DNA of 57,405 nucleotides, counting the filler, from Thelocarpon superellum (lineage: Eukaryota): assembly GCA_026025795.1 (NCBI GenBank). It is 3 parts of 3 records of this genome, joined end to end, with 100 filler letters (N's around TTAATTAATTAA, not from the genome) between each part and the next. Parts side by side here need not be neighbours in the genome. Positions count along the whole stretch, not along the records: positions 1 to 19,104 come from JAPEUG010000350.1; positions 19,205 to 38,304 come from JAPEUG010000351.1; 1 more part is not named here. One strand, given 5' to 3'. This document shows, piece by piece, positions 10,633 to 20,358 of this stretch. Under the pieces are notes generated by a model, which saw only the letters and a list, made by a program, of their open reading frames with translations, did not search any database and was not told the origin of the DNA. Each line of letters begins with the position of its first letter. Position 1 is the stretch's first letter. A program made the translations under genes and the position numbers.

Positions 10633-12684
10633 TCACTGCTTCGCGTCCCCAAAGAACTCCTTAACGAGCGCCTTTTTATTGACTTCGATCGATTTGGTCA
10701 GTGGAAAGTTCGGGCAGACGGAGATGAGAAGGACTCACCTTTACCCATGGCATTTCGGGGAAGCCCTCTTTCGATCACTCGCATCTCCTGCGGTATCTTA
10801 TAATTGACAAGCCGGTCTTTGAGGGCTCTTCGCATGTCCAAGGGACCCCACTTCTTCCCTGGTCGGCCCGTCTGTTGGTGTGCTGGGTCCAGAACGACGA
10901 TGGCCGCTACTTTCTGACCCCACGCGTCCGACTCAAGACCCACCACGGCGGCCTCAGCGATCTGTGGGCTGGCAGACGTGTCAGCTTTCCCTTCTGCACA
11001 CCGCCAGTCACAATGCTTCGACGGGTCCCCACTCACAGGGACAACAGCTCTCGCTCGATCTCCAGGGCGCTGACCTTCTCGCCCCCGGTTTTGATGATGT
11101 CGACACTCTTTCGACCCCGAATGAAGTACATCGGCCCCCTTGACCACTCGTCGTGGCCTGAACCGGCAGCGGGAATTTGCTTTCGGACGGCAATGTCTCC
11201 GGTTTTGAACCATCTTCCTCTCCCATCATCGGCGTCCACGAACTCGGCGCGAGTGGCTTCGGGGTTTTGCCAGTACTCTCTGAAGACCGTCGGACCTCGG
11301 ACGTGGATCTCTCCTTCCCGCTCGTGGCCATGGCGGTCAACTTCCTCGCCAGGCAAGATCACCTCGTTTGTGTCCGACTCAACCAACCGCACCTCCACCG
11401 AGGGCAGCGGCCAGCCAACGCTCCCATCGACCCGATCTTGCATGGCAAGACCACAGCTCAAGATCATCCCTGTCTCTGTCATTCCGTACCGTTCCAGCAG
11501 GTCGTTTGCATTGCTCAATTCCGCCCACGCCTTTTTCGTCGAGGTTAGCAGCGCCGCCGAGCCGGAGATGTTCAGTCGGAGATTCTCTGGCGCCACCGCT
11601 TCTCTTGTTGCACGCTGCATCTCCGCCGATAAGGTTGGGTGCGTCGATAGAAGGCGATTGTAGATCGTCGGAACCGCAGTGAATACGGTGACCTTCTCCT
11701 CACCCTTAGTGTCTTCCGTCGCGGGGGTCGAGAATGGGCCTCCGAATCTCGTCCACACCGCATCGGCAGCGAATGGGAACATGAACTCGACGCTGGCACC
11801 AGCTAGAAGTGGAGCGAGGAGGGCGTTGACGGTCCCGTGAATGTGATGGAGAGGGAGTACATGAAGGAATCGATCTTGCGGAGTGTATTGCCATGCATCC
11901 CGAAGCGACTGACATTGCGCCATGACCGCCGACAGGGGAAGGAGCACTCCCTTCTACTCCAGCTGCATGTTAGCTCAATGTGAGGCGTCCGCATATGGCC
12001 GTCCAACGTACTGGTTGACTCGTAGTCCCAGAGGTATACAGCATTAGTCCCCCATCAACCTGCGTCGGCTCTTCCCAGTGCATCTCCACAGGCGTAGGAC
12101 CGTCGTCCTCCGTTGACTTGTCGATGATCTTGAGCAGTACCTCACCCTTAACGCCTTCCTGGATCACCATCTGCGCCTGCTCGTGATACCGAATCGTGGA
12201 TAGCAGCATGGATGCCCCGCTGTGATTCAAGACGTATCGAAGTTCCTTGGCCGGAAAGGTTGGTGACAGGGGTACCGCAATGCCATCGGCTCCAAGGATG
12301 GAAAGCAAGGTCACTTTAACAGGTGAGTTTACATGGAACACAGTTATGTAGTTGAGATTCATCACACGCACCTACGTAGTCGTAGCTGTTCTCCGCCAGG
12401 AAAGCGACTCGCTGTCCGCGACGCCTGTTCGGCCCATACGACGCGAGCGTATCTTTCGCTTTCGATACATCTCGCAGCAACTGGCCGTATGAGAAACCCT
12501 TGACCGCCCCGGAGTGGACGATTGCCGGGGCTCTTGAATCGTGGCCTGCCAGCACCTCGAACAAGGGCAATTTGGACAAAGTGGAGACCCTCATGGCGAG
12601 GAGAGGGTTATGGGTGCGTTTAATGTGCAAATGAAGCGACGTCACATTGAGGAGACCGTGTCGAGCTGCGACCCGCCGCATCAT
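10633..12684 (-). CDS. AMP-binding acyl-CoA synthetase, ACSF3/malonyl-CoA synthetase-like (5 exons)
   Basis: YTSGTTSQPKG, LPLHHIHG, ERYGMTE, FKTGD, KTGGEKVSALEIE and PRNAMGKVNKK motifs. The Arg-rich, acid-free N-terminus suggests a mitochondrial presequence. Confidence 0.9.
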
Positions 12685-12945
12685 GTTCCCGATACATATT
12701 CTACCAACGCGATATGGCAGCGTCGTAAGCCACTGAGAGAGCCATCGAGATGTGGAGTCAATGCTGTCTGGCGTCTTTGTTGGAGCATCCGCATTACCGT
12801 GTCTTCGGGGTCCGCCGTAGCCGAAGCTGCTCTCTCTCGATCGATGCAAATTGAACCTACATACCTCTGGTGCTCAACCACGAGGAGGCGAACGCCATTC
12901 CATTTGCGCTTCCAACCGCGACCGAGTCTATCGCGCGATGGTCTA

Positions 12946-13471
12946 ATGCTCCTTAAAAGTGCGCTCCGTGGCGCCACCCGGGCTCTCTCTACAGCCATGT
13001 CCCACCCGTCAATGGAAGAGACCATTCGGACCAAGGTTCGTTCTCGCGCCGCGCACCTCTTTGATTACGCCCCCAGTTGACATATCAAGGTCACTCAATC
13101 ACTTCACCCGATCACATTGGAGATCTACAATGATTCTTACCTGCACGTCCATCACAAGGCCATGCAAGGATCCACCTCGGCAGAAACGCATTTTCGGTAT
13201 TTGATCCTGTCGATCGACGATCACGCTGATGCATGCACGTGCTCATCCACTATGTAGATTAGTTGTGACGTCGGATGTGTTCCGGTCCAAGTTGCAGCCA
13301 GCCAGACATCGCATGATCTATGCCCTTCTCCGTGAGGAGATGGAGCGACCTGGTGGAATACACGCACTGCAGCTCAAGACTCAGACTCCCGAAGAGCACG
13401 AGCGCCAGCGAATACGAGACGCAACGGAACGCGGCCAGGAAATTGGGCAGGTTGAAGGAAGACAGGCATAG
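12946..13471 (+). CDS. BolA-family protein (Bol1-like), 3 exons
   Basis: Spliced LEIYNDSYLHVHH...ETHFRLVVTSDVF...ARHRMIYALL...GGIHALQLKT, with N-terminal presequence MLLKSALRGATRALSTAM. Confidence 0.9.
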
Positions 13472-13657
13472 AACCCCACGCGAAGTAGGAAAGGGTCATC
13501 CATCGTATACCTGAAGAAGGTCGGTGTGCAAGTAGAACAATCATTCGAATCGTTTGTAATGGGCGCCTGGTGTACTTCGGGGGCGCAATGTCCGCGTTCC
13601 AACATTTGGCGATATCGACGGAGTCGCGACATTGGTGGACATCCAGCCCACCGCCGG

Positions 13658-13666
13658 AAACCCTAA
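13658..13666. promoter_or_regulatory. AAACCCTAA telobox/Tbf1-like motif upstream of RPS2
   Basis: Single motif about 160 bp upstream of the RPS2 ATG. Function is inferred from Tbf1 control of fungal ribosomal protein genes. Confidence 0.35.
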
Positions 13667-13822
13667 TCAACGTAACCGAGTCACTTGCCCAAGCGCACAC
13701 AACGCCAACTTATCGCTCCTTATTCTCGACCCCAACGATCGTCAACTCTTGCAAGTTTCATCGCAGCGCGCGCTGACCATCGCAAGCACCCGCGGAGGAT
13801 TTTCTCATCAACGTATCTCCCA

Positions 13823-14728
13823 ATGGCCGACGCACCCCGTGGTGGCGCTGCTGGAGGGGCGCGTGGTGGATTCGGCTCGCGCGGTGATCGAGGTGGTGAC
13901 CGGGGACGTGGTCGCGGTCGTCGTGGGCCTCGCCGAGGTGCCAACAAGAGCGAGGAGAAGGAATGGCAGCCCGTGACCAAGCTGGGGCGCTTGGTCAAGG
14001 CCGGCAAGATCAAGAGCATGGAGGAGATCTATTTGCACTCGCTTCCCATCAAAGAGTATCAGATTGTCGACTGGTTTCTGCCGAAGTTGAAGGATGAGGT
14101 GATGAAGGTATGTCGTTCGCCCCGGATCGTGTTGACACCCCTGACTCCCCGCTCTTCTGCAGATCAAACCGGTGCAGAAGCAAACGCGCGCTGGGCAGCG
14201 AACGCGGTTCAAGGCGATCGTCGTCATCGGCGACTCGGAAGGGCATGTTGGTCTGGGCATCAAGACCTCCAAGGAAGTCGCGACGGCTATTCGCGCGGCC
14301 ATCATCATCGCCAAGCTCAGCGTCCTGCCCATTCGACGAGGATACTGGGGTACCTCTCTCGGAGAGCCCCATTCGCTCCCTACCAAGGAGAGCGGGAAGT
14401 GCGGCAGCGTGACGGTTCGAGTATGCATTCATCCCTTCGCCTCGTCCCGCGCGATGACTGACCCTTCCAGCTCATTCCTGCTCCTCGAGGCACCGGTCTC
14501 GTCGCTTCACCCGCCGTCAAGCGTCTCTTGCAACTTGCTGGCGTGTCTGACATCTACACCTCGTCGTCCGGCTCCACAAAAACCCTCGAGAATACTCTCA
14601 AAGCCACCTTCGTCGCCGTCGGAAACACTTACGGCTTCCTGACGCCCAACCTCTGGAAGGAGACGAAACTGATTCGCAGCCCGCTCGAAGAATACGGAGA
14701 TGTTCTTCGAGAAGGGAAACGATACTGA
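13823..14728 (+). CDS. RPS2: 40S ribosomal protein S2 (uS5), 3 exons
   Basis: RGG-rich N-terminus, [29 protein letters not shown] and RRGYWG; ends LREGKRY*. Confidence 0.98.
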
Positions 14729-15250
14729 GCTTCAGCGTCGAATGTTTCTTTGCAATGATGGAGAGCAGCTAGCTCGGCAGGGCTTCTTGTAGGGCACTGT
14801 GCGACCACCCCAATCAAGCTAGACATTGACCCTTAACCTCAACTCTCCATTGCGCGTGAAGCTACTGTGCAGGGATGGAAATCTCAGTGCACATGACCAA
14901 CGCCTTCCATGACTCGTGTGCCACAGCCGATTCAAAATCCATGATTTTCTCCTTGTGCTCTGGTGATGTGACGATCACCTTACACGGGACGCTGATGAAG
15001 CGACCCTCGCTCCGTGGCCATTCCTCTTTCCGCTCTCTCTTGGTCTTGAGCCTACCTCCCCGTTCCAGCTTTACCCCCAGTAAGCAAGTGGCTGTTCCTC
15101 CCCGTTTCGTTCAGTCCCGGTCTCCATATTTCGGCAGGATGTATCACATCTTCTGACCCGTGCACCATTCATCTGCTCCGCTTTCTACCCTGTCGTTCTC
15201 TCGTGGCGATCACCTTGATTCTCATTTCTTGCCGCCTAGTCATCTCACAG

Positions 15251-18046
15251 ATGCCACGACTCTCCCACTCCTCGATGGCTCTCCGGCGGACCGTCCTGGC
15301 CATCATCGCCATTGTCTGCGTTACCACCGCCGTCTTTCTATTCCAACCCTTCGGTCAAGCGGATGCCACCCGCCTACAACCGAGGACGGCTACGAACGCG
15401 CAAGCAGAATTGCTCAAAGTCGTCCGGAAATCACCAGACTCGACGCAGAATCTGAATTACAATGGAAGATGGGAGTGAGTCTAGCCTCGTCACGTCTTCA
15501 CGACGGGACATTGACGACGGTACCCAGCTACGCACTCGGTGGACCCCCTTCCAACTATCCTCCTACGCAGGAACCCTCCACTATTACCATTGTCTTAGCC
15601 AGCCCGACCAGCATTGCCGCCGTATCTGCCGCAGATTTCCTTGGTGCCGCGACAACGAGCAAGATCTCTTCGACGCTGAATAATTTCGGAGATCCGACGC
15701 CCTTCACTCTTGCGTCGACCGCGTTGTTCTCGTCCCCACAATCCCAGGCCTCCTTGGTGTCGCTTCCAACCGGGACCACGAACTCGTTGATCAGCAGTTG
15801 CACGAACTGTCAAATGACTCTCTCGTTTCACCTGTCCGGGTTGACGACTCCAATCTCTTCAACTCCATGCAGCACATGTGGCAGCATGCTCGAGTGAGTG
15901 GATGCACATGCCTTTGCTCATATAGACGGGGGGAATCGCTCACGCATGAATATTTGATGCCGTATAGGTCCGGCATAAGTGAAGTTTCTGGGACACAGTC
16001 ACCTCAGCAACTCTCTCCAGCGGCCGGGAGTCAAGCCTCAGAGGGTCCTCAGCTCATGCCGGGTATGAATGCGGATGATGATCTGCCATTTCGACACAAC
16101 CCGCTAATCTGACGTCTCCAGGGTCCACTCTGATCATGTCGTCTGGAGGTCCGAATAGCGGCGGCAGCTACGGAATCCCAGGGGGTGGCATTCTTACCCC
16201 ATGTCCCAGTGCTGGCCCTCCTTCCGTCGTCACGATCACCGAAATGTGGCACAGCACCCTCTTCGTCTGCAATACTACTGCCACCGAGTCGGCGCCAACT
16301 TCATCCGTCACCGTCTATGTCACGGTCACCTTGCCGATGTACAGCGACAATATGGAGTGTGCGTTCGCGACCTCTCCCGCACTTGGGTCAAGCCTGAGGT
16401 AGGGCTCTGTCCCATGGATGCCTTTGCTCACATCTCGTTGAGATCTGCTGACAAGTGTGGCATGCTACAGCACTTCTGCCGGCTCTCTGAGCAGTGCTCC
16501 CCTGCCTTTCTCGATCTTATCTCCCTCCACTGGGATTGGAGTTTCAGGGATGTCAGCATCATCTTCGACCATTGGCATGCAGACTACCTCCATACTCTCC
16601 CTCAGCTCCGCAGCCGACATCGCTTTCAGCAATATACAGACCACGACGTCCTCCAGAACCTTGACATCATCTTCGATCCTTAATCTGACAAGCTTCGCCT
16701 CGTCCGTCGTCGCATTTTCAAACCTCTCACCAGCCTTCTCGGTTGTCACGCCGTACAGTACGAGTCCGATCTTCCCGAGCATATCGACCTCGTCCCTGGG
16801 CGTTTTCAGCGTTGTGAACACGTCCCTTGCGTCTTCCATGTCCGGCAATTCTCTCGTTGCCGGCGCATCTCCGGGTCTGTCGACCGGCGTGTCGCCGTCG
16901 ACCTTCGGCCAAATACCGACTCCTCCGAGTCTCTCGCTCTCGACGTCGTCAGTGCTGGCGTTTGGTGAGATCAGCTCGGCAGTGGTCTCCCTATCTAGTG
17001 CCGCGTTACTCTCAGGCAGTCAATTGCTGTCGACTCCTGTATTACTTGCATCAGGCGGTCTCAGCGCCTCGACTTCCGGCGCTACCTTATCAGTCTCTGC
17101 ACCGACCCTTCAGGTCACCTCCTTGACGGGACCATCCTGTCCCTTTAACAGCTACGCCTGTCCCGAGTGTCCTGGTGGCTTTTTCTGTCCTCCTACCCCG
17201 AATCCACAGTACTTGTGCTACTGCGGGGCTGGATGGGGATGTGCGACATGCACACAAGGATGTTTCTGTCCAGGATCTATCCTCTCGACTCTCCCTGTTG
17301 TCGCCGTTAGCATCGTCAGCAGTGCCGTCAACGCGATCGCGACCAACGTGCCTCCCAATGTGGATGGCTCATTCGGCATCAATGCGCCAATAACGACACC
17401 GACACCGACACCTCCATTGGCCCTCAGTGGAGTCGTGACGGCTGTTTCATCCGTGGGGAACACTATCTGCCCGGACGGAACAGTCGTTCCTCGGGGAAGC
17501 ATTTGTCCCGGCGCCTATGTTCCTTCCTCTGCTTCGGGTATCCTGGTCCCCAACTCATCGGTCACGTCTCTGTCCACTTCCACGCTATGGACCTACGGGG
17601 TGCTATGCAACGATGGTACCTACGTCCTGTACAGCCAGTACTGCCGAGACTCTAGCATGCGTCCGATTTCGCCTGCGACCTCGTTCGCCACGATAACGCT
17701 TTCCGGACCGGCATCGAGCTCAGCGTCGTCTTACCAGCCGACTGTGACTCCTGCGTCGCCCGCTACATTGCCCGGTCAAGCTGTCGTCTCGCCAGTGGTA
17801 CGTATCAAAAGCTGGGAAGGACTCGAACAAACTAACATCGATCAGACGGCTCAATCAAGCAGTCCCTCTTTTACGACAAGCGCCACCGCGCTGTCTTCGT
17901 CGGCTGGTGGAGTGCTGTGTGCAGATGGAAGTCGAGCGGTGTTTTCAAAGGACTGTGCATTGGCGTCTGTTTCAGCCATGGCCATTTCTACAGCTGTTGT
18001 GGTGTGGCCAGCGTTTACTCCCACGCAAGTTCAATGGGGCCAGTAG
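15251..18046 (+). CDS. Large secreted or cell-surface Ser/Thr-rich, Cys-motif protein (multi-exon), apparently truncated at the 3' end
   Basis: N-terminal hydrophobic segment RRTVLAIIAIVCVTTAVFLF. Four frame-restoring introns lie near 15474, 15895, 16063 and 16399. The body is mucin-like and includes a Cys cluster, CPECPGGFFC...CYCGAGWGCATCTQGCFC. Confidence 0.7.
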
Positions 18047-18421
18047 TGTCATGTTTTCGGGACGAACGGTCGTGCCCTACAGAAGCGTAGCTAGCTGGCT
18101 AATTAAACAAAGCACTCTACAACCTCCCACTTTCTAGACTACGTATGGAATTTAAATCTACAGACAACACACCTATTGCCCTTCCCGATCTAGCAGGTGT
18201 GCCCTGCTGCCCTACACTTGTGTGACCTAGGTAGCCCTTGCACAAGCCAGGGTGCAAAGAAGCTGTGCTGGAGTGTACCCTGCTGTGACACAAGCCAGCG
18301 CTGCTGCCTAGCAGGAATGTGGGAAGATCTTGGTGTGACGACGAGGCCTACAGCTAGGCGGAAACAGTAGACGTCGTCAATGGAGTTGACTCCGTGGCTC
18401 CTAGGGCTCATAGACCTATGA
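18047..18421 (+). pseudogene. RIP-mutated in-frame continuation of the preceding gene
   Basis: The same frame continues as Cys-rich sequence interrupted only by TAG/TAA (18044, 18092, 18104, 18191, 18368), with many CTA codons, ending at TGA 18419-18421. Confidence 0.55.
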
Positions 18422-19104
18422 CTAGCCTCCTCGTGTTACTCGAGTTGAACGCTGGGGCTCTGCTAGCTCGCAGCGGGACTCGGTTTATATACAGCGTGCC
18501 AGGTCACGTGCCATATCATGTTGCCATCACGTGATCTCTCCTATTATCGCGGCGAGGCGTGGAGCTCCCGGCCTCACAATCAGCTGCAGACTGAGTTAGT
18601 CGAATCTATATCAGAAATCTAGCACGATCCCAGTAGCGGCCATGACATCTCAACACAACGTAGCCCTTACCGTTACACAAGTCTTTTGCGTCCTCCAACA
18701 GGCTGCTCAAGTAAGCGGGGGGGGACACATCAGATACCGGAAAAAGTGCATGTGCAGCCCAATCTCTGACCTTTCGCATAGCAGTGGAGCAGGTTGCGCA
18801 TGATTCACCGGACTAGGCCATACATGCCGAATCCAGCATAATCCTTAAGGATGCTCTGCCTGGAGTTTGATGTAAAGCGGACGCCTCATGCGGCATCAAC
18901 GCATGGCTAAATTTGCGCCCACCATCCATGCAGCTTACATGTCAGTTTCCATGCCTTGATCAAATTCGCTATATGGGTTTGGCATGTTTAATTTTAACAT
19001 ATCATGCTCTTCCCAAAATCAGCAAGCTTTTCGGCAAATGAGATGTGGGCCTATACTAGGTCCATCGTTATGGGACAGGTTCATGCTACACGACAAGTCT
19101 GATC

Positions 19105-19204
19105 NNNNNNNNNNNNNNNNNNNNNNNNNNNNNNNNNNNNNNNNNNNNTTAATTAATTAANNNNNNNNNNNNNNNNNNNNNNNNNNNNNNNNNNNNNNNN
19201 NNNN
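19105..19204. other. Assembly gap spacer (Ns with TTAATTAATTAA six-frame stop linker)
   Basis: 44 N + TTAATTAATTAA (19149-19160) + 44 N, identical to the spacer at 38305. Confidence 0.97.
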
Positions 19205-19272
19205 TCCCTCCACAGCCTCTCTTCGGTTGTACACTTGCCTTTGTTTGATCCAACACCTTGCTAAACACCTTG

Positions 19273-19745
19273 CTACACAGAGCCGCAGCTCGCATTCGTT
19301 GAGCTCACGGTGGAGCTCACTTGACAGTCGATGTTGACCGACTCGTTGTCAGGTTGGATCTCGTTTATCGCTGCGGCGACGATTGGCACCGGCACGCCAA
19401 GTCCTACCCAGGGGGTCTCTGTGTCTTGCAGCCAGCGCATGAGGCTGTAGCAATCCGCAGAGGGCTTCTCCGTTAGAATCCGATATTCGAGGAGTCGACG
19501 GCACAAGATTTTCTGGGTCAGGATCTGCCAGACGCTGGCCAGAAGTACTCGACGATTTCCTTGGTAGGAGTGTCAGCGTCACTGGCTTCAACTCCGAAGG
19601 AAAGATGCTTACCTGGCCCATTGTCCTCGGTGTCTTGGTTTGGCATGATGTTCAGCAGTTCGCAGGAGATCGCAAACAGCATAACGATACAGAGAAGGAG
19701 GGAGGAAGATTTGCTGTGCTGCTCCTCTTGCTGGGCGACGCAGTC
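19273..19745 (-). pseudogene. Spliced fragment of an unidentified gene (5' end unresolved)
   Basis: An intron-like segment at about 19560-19612 (GTAAGC..GCTGAC..AAG) joins LLLCIVMLFAISCELLNIMPNQDTEDNGP in frame to NRRVLLASVWQILTQKILCRRLLEY...CGSV*. Confidence 0.35.
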
Positions 19746-20306
19746 TTATGCACAAGACATGGGCCCGGGTCTCAAGGGTAATTTCGCTGTCACCCTGCTC
19801 CAAATATGACATCGCGCTGCTAATGGATGTTCTGGCCCGACTTCAGCGTGACATGGCCTGCTTGGTGGGCCGCCTGGCCGCCCGCCTGCCCGCCTGCTCG
19901 CTCAGCAGACTACCATCATCTCACATCCGAGGCAGCGGTGGCGCGAGCCTGATGCAAGAGGTCTGCAGCGAGATTTGACCACGTCGAATCAGATCACAAA
20001 TGATCCTTCCATGGCACCCACTTGTGGGCGATGCAGGTCGAGAGATCTTGCAAGCACAGAAGACTGTGGGGTCCCTCAGCCAGCTATGCTCTGATCGCTC
20101 TGTACGAGGTGGCGGGATTTCTGCAGGTGTGTGCAGAAGATCTATCAGATCAGATCACGTCCACCGCGCTCCGGCCCAAATGGCGGCAAGACCGAGGAGC
20201 CACCAACACAGACAAGATGAGCTAGCGCCCGAGAGTGGGATCCGGCTTCCGCGCCGCCATCCTGGTCCCGAGACGCAGAGAAGCGGAATAGGAGCTACCC
20301 ACGATG

Positions 20307-20358
20307 TCGCATCATGCGGAGTCCTTCCTGGATCGCATCATGCGGAGTCCTTCCTGGA
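20307..20358. repeat. Perfect 26-bp tandem duplication
   Basis: TCGCATCATGCGGAGTCCTTCCTGGA occurs twice in succession. Confidence 0.9.

Noticed and set aside
18020..18046. TQVQWGQ as the start of a CBM1 domain
   Set aside because: The following CGG and the CBM1 Cys/aromatic pattern are absent.
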